Part shown: one piece after another, positions 1 through 9,900 of the stretch | Layout of the letters: each line of letters begins with the position of its first letter | How positions within the stretch are numbered: the first letter of the stretch is position 1 | From: Clostridiaceae bacterium | Lineage (GTDB): Bacteria; Bacillota; Clostridia; DSM-8532 | DNA length: 64,000 bases | Direction: 5' to 3' | Assembly (NCBI GenBank): GCA_012719645.1 | Contig: JAAXZX010000074.1 | Coordinates: 7,050-71,049, forward strand | Notes under the pieces: generated by a model | What the model was told of the DNA's origin: nothing | Database searches by the model: none | The model's input: only the letters and a program-made list of their open reading frames with translations | Translations under genes and position numbers: made by a program

Positions 1-52
1 ATAATCCATGGGGCGCATCTCTTCCCAACTACCGGCACCCATATGTTGCATC

Positions 53-1615
53 TCAGTTTCCCCCAACCATCCTGTTCTTGATTACCATCTGCGGGTTAAG
101 TCCAAAAACCTCGGAAAAGAACTCTGATTTCATGTTGAAGGTCCAGTTTTCCAAAACAGCCTCTTCCCACGATTCCACCCTTACGATGAACTGGTCCTCG
201 GATATATCCATGGAACTGATTTTCAGCTTCTGTTTATGGCTTGTATCCATGGCGTCGGCCATCCTTATAATGGCGATCAGCTTCATGGTCTTTATACTCT
301 CGTCCGTTCCCAGTTCGGCAAGTTCACCGCTTTCCAGGTCCGGCGCATCCAGGCTGTGATAGCGCGCGATAAACGCGGTCATGCGCAGTTCATCATCGGA
401 AAGACCCAGGATCTGGGACGCGTTTATAATATTGAAGGAGTATACGCTATGGGGATCTGCGGCAATGAACTTGCCCACGTCATGGAGGATGGACGCTATC
501 TGCAGGATAAAGCGTTCCTTTTCTCCCATGCCGTGGATGCCGGTCAGCCTGTCAAATATCCGGAGCGCCGCGTCTTCAACGTAGTTTATATGCTTTTCAT
601 TGGAACGGTAACGGGCGGCCAGTTTACGGACACAGGACAGGATATCTGCCTTGAAGTCCATGCAGAAACCCATGCCGTCACAGCAGTTGAACCTGTCAAT
701 TATAAGGCCGTCCACCAGTGAAACGCAGGGAATTATTATCCTGTCGCTGCAGGTTTTATCAAGGAACTTCCTGATCAGGATCAGGGATGGGACAAACAAC
801 TCCGCGTCCGCCAGGGAGATGTCGTATTCCTCCTCAAGAGCCCTGGGGGTCTTGTTCATGGCCTTCGAGCATATGCTTTCAAAAAGATCCTTGTCCAGCG
901 AAACAACCTTTTTGCAGGCATGCGGGCCGGCGATGTTCGCAAGAAAATCCAGTTCGCCGCTGACAACGACGAAGTTCTTCACTTCATTGGAGCTTTTAAG
1001 GTATTCCACACTTTCAATATGGGCCTCAATATACTCTTCGAGAACCCTTGAAAAGTTGAGGGTATGCTTTTCGATTTTCGCAATGGACTCCTTGATCCTG
1101 AGGGCTCCCAGCTTCAGGTTCTGGCTTGATGCCAAAAGGCCGTTCTCCATGAGATGCAGCAGCAGATTGCCGGCTCCTATGTTCAGTATCAGGGTCGGCT
1201 CACCGGTATCCATGGCGCCCTCGTTCTCAAGCTGCCATTTGACAGCCTTGTAAGTGAGGAACTTTTCCTGCGAATTATTTATGATCTCCACATCAAAGCC
1301 CGTCTGATGCCTGATCCGGTCGATCATACAGTCCCGGTTGGCAGCTTCACGGATGGCGCTGGTAGCCACAGCCCTCCATTCCTGGACGCCGTAATCCGCC
1401 ATCAGCCTCCTGAATCCCCGGATTGCCTCGCATGTCTTTTTAACCGACTCGAAGGAAAGCTTTCCCTCGTTGAAGGTATCCCTGCCAAGGGGGATCAGAT
1501 GATCTACAGTCTCCAGATCCTTGATCCTGCCATCCGGTGATGCCTCAATAATCTTCATCTTAAGCCTGTGGGAACCGATATCTATGGCGGCAAAAAGCCT
1601 TTTAGGGCAATCCAT
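53..1615 (-). CDS. ppx: Ppx/GppA family exopolyphosphatase / pppGpp phosphohydrolase with C-terminal HD domain
   Basis: N-terminal AAIDIGSH, AVATSAIREAAN and IGAG ASKHA motifs; LHDVGK and ARYH HD-domain motifs; 520 aa. Confidence 0.85.
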   Translation of the reverse strand: MDCPKRLFAAIDIGSHRLKMKIIEASPDGRIKDLETVDHLIPLGRDTFNEGKLSFESVKKTCEAIRGFRRLMADYGVQEWRAVATSAIREAANRDCMIDRIRHQTGFDVEIINNSQEKFLTYKAVKWQLENEGAMDTGEPTLILNIGAGNLLLHLMENGLLASSQNLKLGALRIKESIAKIEKHTLNFSRVLEEYIEAHIESVEYLKSSNEVKNFVVVSGELDFLANIAGPHACKKVVSLDKDLFESICSKAMNKTPRALEEEYDISLADAELFVPSLILIRKFLDKTCSDRIIIPCVSLVDGLIIDRFNCCDGMGFCMDFKADILSCVRKLAARYRSNEKHINYVEDAALRIFDRLTGIHGMGEKERFILQIASILHDVGKFIAADPHSVYSFNIINASQILGLSDDELRMTAFIARYHSLDAPDLESGELAELGTDESIKTMKLIAIIRMADAMDTSHKQKLKISSMDISEDQFIVRVESWEEAVLENWTFNMKSEFFSEVFGLNPQMVIKNRMVGGN

Positions 1616-1693
1616 GAATACACGCTCCTGTCCTTATTATTCCATAAATACTCAAGATGCCCCTGAATAATGCCTGAAGCTTTTACCCGGCGA

Positions 1694-2335
1694 TCAGTAG
1701 CCCAGTTCCTCACCGACTATAATCACCTTGATGCGGTCGGGAACAAGCTGGAACCTGGAAACCACAAAACTGCTGCATATCCTGTCCTTGCTCTTGCAGT
1801 CCTGGCATTTGCCGGTTTCCACACAGGGCGTTTTGCGGGAAAGGCGCACCGCGTTTGCAGGAGCCGCCAGCTGCCTGACCCGGCTGAAAGCCTCATAAAG
1901 ATCGGTGACGATTTTATTGCGGCCGGCAATGACGATAACATTATCCGGACCGTATATCATTGCGGCAACCCGGTTCCCCTTTCCGTCCACATTGAAAAGT
2001 TCGCCTTCCTCGGTAATGGCATTGGTGCTGGTCAGGTAAGCATTGGCCGTAAAGGCTTTCCGGTGTACATCGGTAAGCTGTTCCGGCGTCAGGCCTTCAG
2101 CGTAGCGATCATAGAATATGTACCGCCCTGAGCGCAGATGATCGATAACTCCTGTTTCGAAAAGGGTTACAGATCCGCCGCACGCTACCGTATCACCCTC
2201 TTTTATAAGGGTTTCCAGCAAGGGTACGACCCCTTCCCTGGAATCCACATACCAGGCCTGCATCCTGTTTTTCCGAAGATTCTCCATTGTCCTTTCGATT
2301 CTTTTCATCGTGACGGATTGTAAATGCTTATCCAT
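1694..2335 (-). CDS. LUD-domain protein (LutC/YkgG-like lactate utilization family)
   Basis: GGSVTL, TSTNAITEEGELFNVDGKGNRVAAMIYGP, GRNKIV and the Cys-rich CVETGKCQDC...IC tail; RBS GGAGG upstream. Confidence 0.8.
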   Translation of the reverse strand: MDKHLQSVTMKRIERTMENLRKNRMQAWYVDSREGVVPLLETLIKEGDTVACGGSVTLFETGVIDHLRSGRYIFYDRYAEGLTPEQLTDVHRKAFTANAYLTSTNAITEEGELFNVDGKGNRVAAMIYGPDNVIVIAGRNKIVTDLYEAFSRVRQLAAPANAVRLSRKTPCVETGKCQDCKSKDRICSSFVVSRFQLVPDRIKVIIVGEELGY

Positions 2336-2461
2336 GTCGACACCTCCAATAGATGTATAGCAATATTATACCATAACCGGAAATCATGGTTATGCCTGTC
2401 TCCACTTCCCGGCATGCCGGTGGGCGATGCCGCAGAGAACAGTTTTACAGGCGCCGCTAAT

Positions 2462-2500
2462 AAAAAACCCGGTTTGGGAACGCCTGCGGCCCCAAACCGG
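2462..2500 (-). terminator. Intrinsic terminator downstream of serA
   Basis: 10-bp inverted repeat ccggtttggg (2469-2478) / cccaaaccgg (2491-2500), followed by a T-run on the minus strand. Confidence 0.75.
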
Positions 2501-2523
2501 ATTTTTCGCTATCATCGATTAAG

Positions 2524-4128
2524 TCAGAAGTACAGCTTGGAAACTTTCAGTATGCCGTCGGTGGCGCGGAGTTTCTCGATGATGTCATCGGGAACATCGC
2601 TGTCCACGCTGACAAAGGATACCGCCTTGCCATCCTTGCTGTTCCGGCTCCACTGCATGGCCGCGATATTGATATTGTTCGCGCCCAGAAGTGTGCCCAC
2701 CTTGCCGATGATCCCGGGAATATCCCTGTTCTGCAGGGCAATGACATACTGTGTCGGTTCAAAGTCCAACTGGTACCCGAAGAAGTCCACAATCCTTATG
2801 CTGTCCCTGGCAAACACGGTTCCCGCTATGGATAAAGTCCTGTCCCTGCGATGGATCTTCACGGTGATCAGGTTGGTGTATTTATCTATGGTGCTGGATT
2901 TGCTTTCCACCAGTTCAATGCCCACCTCATCAAGCTTCATCAGGGCGTTTACAAAATTCACGTCTGAATTCATGATGGTGGAAAGCAGCCCTTTCACAAC
3001 CGAAAGGGTAATGGGCTTTGTATCCACGTTAACAAGGTCGCCGCTGTATATGATCTCAATCTTGTTTATCCTCTCCTTCTCAGCCTGGAAGTAAATGGCT
3101 CCAAGCTTCTCGCCAAGGCTGAGGAAAGGCTTGAGTTCGTTCAGATCGCCCGAGATATGGGGCATGTTCACCGCTGATACCAGTTCCCCGTTCAGGACGG
3201 CCTCCACCTGTTTTGCAACGCCCAGCGAGCAGTTCACATTTGCCTCCTTTGTGGAAGCGCCGAGATGGGGCGTAAAGATAACCTGATCCAGGTCAAGAAG
3301 CTTGTTCCAATAGTCCTGTTCTTCAGGGGCCTTGTTGAAATTGGGTTCAACCTCCTGCACGTCAAGGGCTGCCCCTGCCACATGGCCGGATACTATGGCG
3401 TCATAAAGCGCATCTTCATCAATCATGCCACCGCGGGCCACATTGACAATCCTCACACCCTTCTTGCACAGGGCAAGCTCACGACTGCCGATGAGGTTTT
3501 TGCTTTCAGGGGTCTTGGGTATATGGATGGAGATTACGTCGGCAACCTTCAAAAGGTCGTCAAGGGTTTCCATGCGCGAGATGCCCAGTTGCCTGACCCT
3601 CTCATCCGAGATATACGGATCGTATCCCACAACGTTCATGCCAACGCCCTTAAGCTTCCTGGCAACAATTGATCCTATCTTACCCAGGCCGATAATGCCT
3701 GCGGTTTTTCCTTCCAGTTCCTCACCGACAAACCTGTTCCTTCTGAAGTCCCTGTTCTTGGCAGCGTGATGGGCCTGGGGAATGTTCCTGAACACTGAAA
3801 AGATCATGCCGACACTGAACTCAGCCGCCGCATTGGTGTTGCCCTCAGGGGTGTTGACAACCGTTATGCCGCGCCTGGTGCATTCGGCCACATCAATGTT
3901 GTCCACTCCGTTGCCTGCCCTGCCGGCAACCTTCAGTTTCACTGCCTTGTCCAGAACTTCGCCCTTTACCTTTGTGGCGCTTCTTACGATGATTGCGTCG
4001 TATTCTCCGATAATCCCGCAAAGCTCCTCGTGCGATATCCCAAAAGGAGTGTCAACCTCAAAACCCTTGCTTTTGAGGTATTCAATACCATTGGGAGCCA
4101 TCTTGTCTGTTACAATGATTTTTGCCAT
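2524..4128 (-). CDS. serA: D-3-phosphoglycerate dehydrogenase (type I, with ASB and ACT domains)
   Basis: RAGNGVDNID, GIIGLGKIG (NAD), NVARGG, TPHLGAST (catalytic His); C-terminal ACT domain DIPGIIGKVGTLLGANNINIA. Confidence 0.95.
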   Translation of the reverse strand: MAKIIVTDKMAPNGIEYLKSKGFEVDTPFGISHEELCGIIGEYDAIIVRSATKVKGEVLDKAVKLKVAGRAGNGVDNIDVAECTRRGITVVNTPEGNTNAAAEFSVGMIFSVFRNIPQAHHAAKNRDFRRNRFVGEELEGKTAGIIGLGKIGSIVARKLKGVGMNVVGYDPYISDERVRQLGISRMETLDDLLKVADVISIHIPKTPESKNLIGSRELALCKKGVRIVNVARGGMIDEDALYDAIVSGHVAGAALDVQEVEPNFNKAPEEQDYWNKLLDLDQVIFTPHLGASTKEANVNCSLGVAKQVEAVLNGELVSAVNMPHISGDLNELKPFLSLGEKLGAIYFQAEKERINKIEIIYSGDLVNVDTKPITLSVVKGLLSTIMNSDVNFVNALMKLDEVGIELVESKSSTIDKYTNLITVKIHRRDRTLSIAGTVFARDSIRIVDFFGYQLDFEPTQYVIALQNRDIPGIIGKVGTLLGANNINIAAMQWSRNSKDGKAVSFVSVDSDVPDDIIEKLRATDGILKVSKLYF

Positions 4129-4212
4129 GACAATACCACCTTTTATCCAATAGTTTACACCGGACTATTGCCGGGGTGGAGGATCCCTTGCTGGAACCGT
4201 TTCCCTGTCCAC

Positions 4213-4242
4213 AAAAAGGAAAAAGTCAAACGAGCGTTTGAC
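4213..4242 (-). terminator. Intrinsic terminator in the serA leader (riboswitch expression platform)
   Basis: Minus strand GTCAAAC-GCTC-GTTTGAC followed by TTTTTCCTTTTT; lies between the aptamers and the serA start. Confidence 0.8.
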
Positions 4243-4299
4243 CTGCAGGTTTAAACCGCTATGCAGCAGTTCAACATGATCCGGCCATAAACCTCATTT

Positions 4300-4460
4300 C
4301 CTCTGTCCTTTTGCCTGAGAGATACGTCCCAACGCGGGACTTGCCCCTTCGGCGCCTTATCGGTCTCTCCAGAGTCCCGTCGGGTCGAGGTCTTTTTACC
4401 TGAGAGTGTTACTCCTTCGGTGTGCTGAAGCCCAGCATCTCTCCCTCGGCCTTCATCCGG
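4300..4460 (-). ncRNA. Tandem glycine riboswitch (two aptamers plus leader-linker kink-turn)
   Basis: Aptamer 1 (minus strand): GGAGAG...CACCGAAGGAGUAA...CUCUCAGGUAAAAAGAC. Aptamer 2: CUCUGGAGAGAC...CGCCGAAGGGGCAA...UCUCUCAGGCAAAAGGACAGAG. The 5' CCGGAUGAAG leader can pair with the CCCGACGG linker (K-turn). These match the known glycine aptamer consensus. Confidence 0.95.
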
Positions 4461-4512
4461 TGTTGGTTCACTGCTTCATCCTGTCCGGAATGATTGTGAA
4501 ATATATAACTTG

Positions 4513-4540
4513 ATTATACTCCAAGGCTTGGAATTGTCAA
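4513..4540 (-). promoter_or_regulatory. SigmaA promoter for the riboswitch-serA transcript
   Basis: Perfect TTGACA (4535-4540) - 16 nt - TATAAT (4513-4518) on the minus strand; the spacer contains the palindrome tccaag-g-cttgga. Confidence 0.8.
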
Positions 4541-4678
4541 GTGCAAGAGACATGCGCCTGACGCGGCTGGAGAGGCTGAATAATCCTGAAGGAGCCGGGG
4601 CATGATAATGAAGGCTGGGCGCCGCGACGGTACATGCGGCCGCGTGCCAGCACAGTATGATACCACAGGAGGTTATTC

Positions 4679-4933
4679 ATGCGAAAGATTGCGGTTCAGG
4701 AAGGGCTGGACAGGGTCAGCGAGTACCTGTCCGAAAGGGGATACCAGGTGGAAAAGATCGGCTTCGACGCTGCGGCGCAGGTCAGGGGCAAGGATTACGA
4801 CGCCGTTGTGCTGTCAGGGATGAGCAGCAACTTCCTGGGCATTCATGACACCATAACCCGTGCCCCTGTAATTATCGCAACCGGCATGACTGAAGAGATG
4901 ATATACCAGCAGCTTGAAAAACGCCTTCAATAA
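4679..4933 (+). CDS. ykuS: YkuS / UPF0180 family small protein
   Basis: 84 aa; pattern IAVQEGL..V..YL..RGYQV...DYDAVVLSG...NFLGI; strong AGGAGG RBS. Confidence 0.75.
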   Translation: MRKIAVQEGLDRVSEYLSERGYQVEKIGFDAAAQVRGKDYDAVVLSGMSSNFLGIHDTITRAPVIIATGMTEEMIYQQLEKRLQ

Positions 4934-4943
4934 GGCAGGATAA

Positions 4944-5087
4944 TTAATTGTCCCGCCTGCTGCCAACGAGCGGCACATAGTCACTGAAAGCCTTCCTCTC
5001 CGCTATGTTGAGCCGCTCGATATAAGGCTTGCCATCGCTGTATTTCCAAAGGGTGATCTGGCTTGGCTCCACCTCCACGACACGTTC
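4944..5087 (-). pseudogene. C-terminal remnant of a clostridial pyridoxamine 5'-phosphate oxidase-like (PNPOx fold) gene
   Basis: Hand translation of 47 codons between two stops: ERVVEVEPSQITLWKYSDGKPYIERLNIAERKAFSDYVPLVGSRRDN. It resembles the EVEP.LITLWKY..GKPY C-terminus I recall from this family; no ATG or N-terminal part is present. Confidence 0.5.
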
Positions 5088-5248
5088 TTAACTTTTAATG
5101 CTCCATTCCCCTCTAAACAGGGCAGAACGGTCAGCTGCAGCCGCCATTGCGGCGGGGAAAAAGGTTTGTGACATTGCCTGATATCTTTCACAGGGAAAGA
5201 GTATTACGATTACACTGTATTAGAAATGCTTTAAGTGGTGATATTCAC

Positions 5249-5959
5249 ATGAGCCATATAACAAAGCTTATCCTGGTCATGGTTGCCTTCGGCCTGCTTG
5301 GCGGGGTTGTAAACTACATAAACAGCTATTCGGCGAAGAATAAAAAAGCTCCGAAGCCCAAAGTCTCCGATCTGATAAAAACCATGATAACGGGTGTTGC
5401 GGCCTCATTCCTGGTTCCGGTTTTCCTTAATACGATATCCAGCAATATCGTCAGGGAATCGGAAACGGATCCGATCAAGCTTGTGGTGTTCGCAGGCTTT
5501 TGCGTAATAGCTTCGGTCTCGGCAAAGTCATTTATCAGCGCAATTTCCGGCAAGGTCCTGGAAAAGATGAGCAAGGTGGAAGAGGATGTGCAGGCTGTCA
5601 GGACTGTAATCCGGCCGGTGATCCTCAAGCACACCGAACTGGATGATGACGGCGGCAATGGGAAAACAGCGGTTATTGGGAATACTGAAGCCAGCAATGG
5701 GACTTCGGACCAGGTTGAAAGCAGCAGGCTGAAGGTATTGCAGGAACTGTCCGGCAGCGAATATGCCTTCCGGACCATCAACGGCCTTGCCAGGGATACC
5801 AATATGGAGCCTGAGTTGGTGCAGGAGTGCCTGGAAGATTGCGTGTCCAGCGGCCTTGTCGGAGCAATCGACAATAGCCTTGGGACCCGGTTCTATATAA
5901 CCGAGGATGGGCAGGCCCATTTATTGAACCATAACGGAAAAACGGATAATGAGAGTTGA
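5249..5959 (+). CDS. Membrane protein: three-TM YLATT-like (YEATS-associated helix) domain plus C-terminal winged helix
   Basis: ATG at 5249 after AAGTGGTG; 236 aa. Hydrophobic segments FGLLGGVVNY, ITGVAASFLVPVFLN and LVVFAGFCVIASVSAKSFI; C-terminal RTINGLARDT...GLV...GTRFYITEDG wHTH pattern. Confidence 0.65.
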   Translation: MSHITKLILVMVAFGLLGGVVNYINSYSAKNKKAPKPKVSDLIKTMITGVAASFLVPVFLNTISSNIVRESETDPIKLVVFAGFCVIASVSAKSFISAISGKVLEKMSKVEEDVQAVRTVIRPVILKHTELDDDGGNGKTAVIGNTEASNGTSDQVESSRLKVLQELSGSEYAFRTINGLARDTNMEPELVQECLEDCVSSGLVGAIDNSLGTRFYITEDGQAHLLNHNGKTDNES

Positions 5960-5973
5960 ACGGGAACTGCCCG

Positions 5974-6885
5974 TCAATCCCCCAGAAGGGCTTCCGCAAA
6001 GTCCTGCGGAATAAAAGGCTGCAGGTCATCCATCTGTTCGCCGACACCCACAAATTTCACGGGCACATTAAGCTCGTCCTTTATGGACAGTATGATCCCG
6101 CCCTTGGCCGTACCGTCAAGCTTGGTCAGGATCAGCCCGGTCAGCTGTGAAACCTCCGAGAAGGTCTTGGCCTGGGATACCGCATTCTGGCCCGTGGTAG
6201 CATCAAGCACCAGCAGTGTTTCGACGGCAGCACCGGGAAGTTCCCTGTTGATGATTCGGAACAGCTTCTTCAGCTCTTCCATCAGGTTCTTCTTGGTATG
6301 GAGCCGCCCGGCGGTATCGCAGATCAGCACGTCCACATCCCTTGATTTGGCTGACTGGATGGCGTCGTAGACCACCGCCGATGGATCGGAACCCTCCGAA
6401 TGCTTGATGAGCCCTGCGCCGGCGCGTTTTGCCCATATTTCAAGCTGGTCGATAGCCGCGGCGCGGAATGTGTCCGCGGCAGCGACCAGCACCTTTTTAC
6501 CCTGCATCCTGAGCATATGGGCGATCTTTCCGATGGATGTGGTCTTGCCAACCCCATTGACTCCGATTATCACGATAACCGACGGTTTCGTGGAAAGGTC
6601 CAGGCCGGCCTGTTCATGGCTTAATTTTTCTGATATGATTTCCTTTATTGCTTCCCTGACACCCTCGGGGTCAGTAATCTTCTCCTTTTTAACCTTATCC
6701 CTCAGCTGGTCAATGATGCCCACCGAGGTTTCGACACCTACGTCTGAAGTTATCAGTATCTCCTCGAGCTCCTCAAACAGTTCCTCATCCACCTTGCCAA
6801 GTGATACCAGCACCTCGTCTATCCTTTTGGCAATGGACTCCCTTGTTTTCTTCAGACCGTTCTTCAGTTTATCAAATACACCCAT
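5974..6885 (-). CDS. ftsY: Signal recognition particle receptor FtsY
   Basis: [28 protein letters not shown] and [10 protein letters not shown] motifs; follows smc as is usual in Firmicutes. Confidence 0.97.
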   Translation of the reverse strand: MGVFDKLKNGLKKTRESIAKRIDEVLVSLGKVDEELFEELEEILITSDVGVETSVGIIDQLRDKVKKEKITDPEGVREAIKEIISEKLSHEQAGLDLSTKPSVIVIIGVNGVGKTTSIGKIAHMLRMQGKKVLVAAADTFRAAAIDQLEIWAKRAGAGLIKHSEGSDPSAVVYDAIQSAKSRDVDVLICDTAGRLHTKKNLMEELKKLFRIINRELPGAAVETLLVLDATTGQNAVSQAKTFSEVSQLTGLILTKLDGTAKGGIILSIKDELNVPVKFVGVGEQMDDLQPFIPQDFAEALLGD

Positions 6886-6928
6886 GTTTTCCTCCTGTAG
6901 TTTAATGGCTGCGTTTCATTACGCCAGG

Positions 6929-9900
6929 TCATCCTGCGTTTCGCTCAAGGCCTTCGCCCAGCCTCAGGGAAACCACCTTGGACACCCCGTATTCCTGCAT
7001 GGTTACGCCATACAGGGTGTCAGCGGCTTCCATGGTGCCCTTGCGGTGGGTGATGATGATGAACTGGGCTTTGTCGGTGTACCGCCGGATATATTCCGCA
7101 AACTTGTAGACATTGGCTTCATCGAGGGATGCTTCTATCTCGTCGAGTATGTAGAACGGCGCCGGGCGCATCCTCAAAATGCCGAAGATGAGCGCTATGG
7201 CAACCATTGCCTTCTCCCCTCCCGATAGAAGAAGCATGTTCTGAAGCTTCTTGCCCGGCGGCTGTACGATTATATCTATATTGCTCTCAAGCACATTTTC
7301 CTCGTCGGCAAGCTGCACCTCTGCATGACCGCCATCGAACAGTTCCCGGAAGACTATGTTGAAATTCCGGTTGATCAGCGCAAACTGCTCGATAAACTGC
7401 TTCTTCATTACGCGGGTGATATCCTGGATGACACGGCACAGCTTTTCCTCGGACTTAACCAGGTCATCACGCTGGGTTATCATGAAAGTGCATCGCTCCT
7501 TTGTCCTGGCATAGTCCTCTATGGCAGCCACGTTCACCGGGCCGAGGCTCCTGATCTCTTCCTTCAGTTCGGTGATCCTGGCCTGGGTGGCCTTTACATT
7601 GGAGATCTCCTGCCTTAGTGGCTCCGCGTTGCCGTAGGTAAGTCCGTATTCATCCCAAAGCCTGTTCTGGATGGTTTCCAGTTCGGCTTCCATCTTGGCC
7701 TTCCTGGCTTCCAGCCTTCCAAGCCCGTCCTGCAGGGTCATTATAGTGTTATTATAGCTGGTAACAGCATCAAGCATGCCGGATAATTCTTCCTCCAGCA
7801 CCCGGATCTCTTCGGCGATACCCTCAGCCTTCAGTTCGAGACCGGTTTTTTCCTCTTTCATGCCGCGTATCTTTTCCTGTACGCCAGCAATTGAAACCTT
7901 CAACTCCTCAATGCGCTCCAGGTTGCGTTTCCGGTCAGCCTCACGCTTTTCCAGGCTGCCTGTGATGCTTCCCTGCTCCTCTTTGAGCTGCTCAAGCTGT
8001 TCCTTCAGGTTCTGGATGCTCTCTGCTATGGAATTGATGGAAACCCGGTAGTCGTTGATGTCAGTATGCAGCAGGTTTCTCTTGTCCTGCTCGTCCTTGT
8101 TCTTTACCTGTTGGGACCGGATCAGATCCTTCAGCTCCTGGATCTCTGCCTCTATCCTGTGGGTGTTTTCAGCCTCCTGGGCAATTTCACCCTCGATCTT
8201 CAGGATATTCCCTTCAATCTCTTCCTCCTGCTGTTTCAGCATCTCGGCCCTTGCAGCCAGACGCTTGATATTTTCCAGCAGTCTTGCCACATGACTCTCG
8301 TCCCTGAGCCTTACAAGTTCCAGGTCGGAAAGCGTTTTCCGGTTTGCCTCCAGTTGCTCGGTGATCTGCCTGCTTTCCTGCTCAACGGCTGCGATCTCCT
8401 CGTCCAATTCCTTCTGGCGTTTTCCGACCGCCCTGATCTTGCTCTCAAGCTCCTTTATAACCCTGTGCCTGCTTATCAGGCTGGACAGCCTGGAAGACTC
8501 GCTGCCGCCGGTAATGGATCCGCCGGTGTTCAAAACCTCCCCGTCCCTGGTAACAATGCGGAAGGAATATCCGAATTGCCTTGCCATCTTTATGGCTGAA
8601 TCCATATTATCAACAATGACAGTTCTGCCAAGGAGGTTCAGTATGATGCCCCTGAACCTGCTGCTGCATGATACCATGTCTGCGGCTATGCCTTCGAATC
8701 CTGGCATGCCGCGCACCTGGCCGAGGACTTCCGGTTCCAGTGTACGGGGTTTGACTGAGGAAATGGGCAGGAATGTAGCCCTGCCCAGGCTATTTCTTTT
8801 CAGGAATTCAATAGCCCGTTTTGCGGCATACTCATCCTCTGTGACAATATTCTGAAGAGCGCCGCCAAGGCAGACCTCAACGGCCGTCTCATATTCTTCC
8901 TTAACATTGATAAGCTGGGCAAGGGCGCCGTAAATGCCTTTGCCGAATTCCCTGTTTTCCCGGCAGGCATTCATGACGGACTTGACGCTGTGGCTGTAGC
9001 CCTCCATGGTGGCTTCCATGTCGAGCAGGACCTTGCGCCTTGACTCCAGGCTCTGCAGGTCGCGCGCGACAGCGTCACGCTTTCCTCGCAGGGACTCAAG
9101 CCTGCCCACTATTCCGTTTCTCTGTTCCTCCAGGCTATTTACCGTATCCTTCGTGGCGGCTATTTCGTCACGCGTCTTCCTCAAAGAGGCTTCCATGTCC
9201 TCTTTCTCCATGTTCTCCCGGTCCTTGTCCAGCAAGGCCTGGCGGATATCCTCGGAAAGCCTTCCTCTAAGCTGTTTGTAGTTCTCCAGGTCATTCCTCA
9301 GGTTGTTGGCGCGTATCCTGGAATCGGACAACTGGTCCTGCTTGTCCATCACCGATTGCTTGGCTTCCTCGATGATCCTTTCGCTTTCATCCAGCTTTGC
9401 CATGATCTCAGCAAGCTGCTGCTCTGCCTCCGCCAAAAGCCGGGCAAATCTTTCCGAGTCTCCGGTTAGCTGCTGGATCCTTTTTTCCTTGCGCTCAGCC
9501 TCGGTTTCAAGAGCCGCCATTCTCTCCCTGATGCTGCGGATGTCTTCGCCGAAACCCTCGATATTGGACTGGAGATGGCTTATCTTTTCCTCAAATATCC
9601 GGATATTGCTTTCATTCTTCTCTATGCCGGAATCCAGGGCGTATATGGATTCCCGGATCTTCCCGGCTTCAGCTTTTAGCCGCTCAAGGCTCTCGTTCTT
9701 GCTCCTGTTCCTGCAGCGGATATTCTCAATCTTGCTGTTTTCCTCATCAATCTGTTCCTTGAGTCCCGCAGCCTGGTTCTCAACCTCGGCTATCCTGTTC
9801 TTCAGCCTGTCAATGGTGTCCAGGAACATGCTGACCTCAATGCCCTTCAGTTCGTTGCTGAGGTCGATGAACCTCCTTGCCGTCTCTGCCTGCTGGGCCA

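Noticed and set aside
1-9. Possible start (ATG GAT TAT) of a downstream gene such as ppk after ppx
   Set aside because: Only three codons lie in the window, so no product can be supported.
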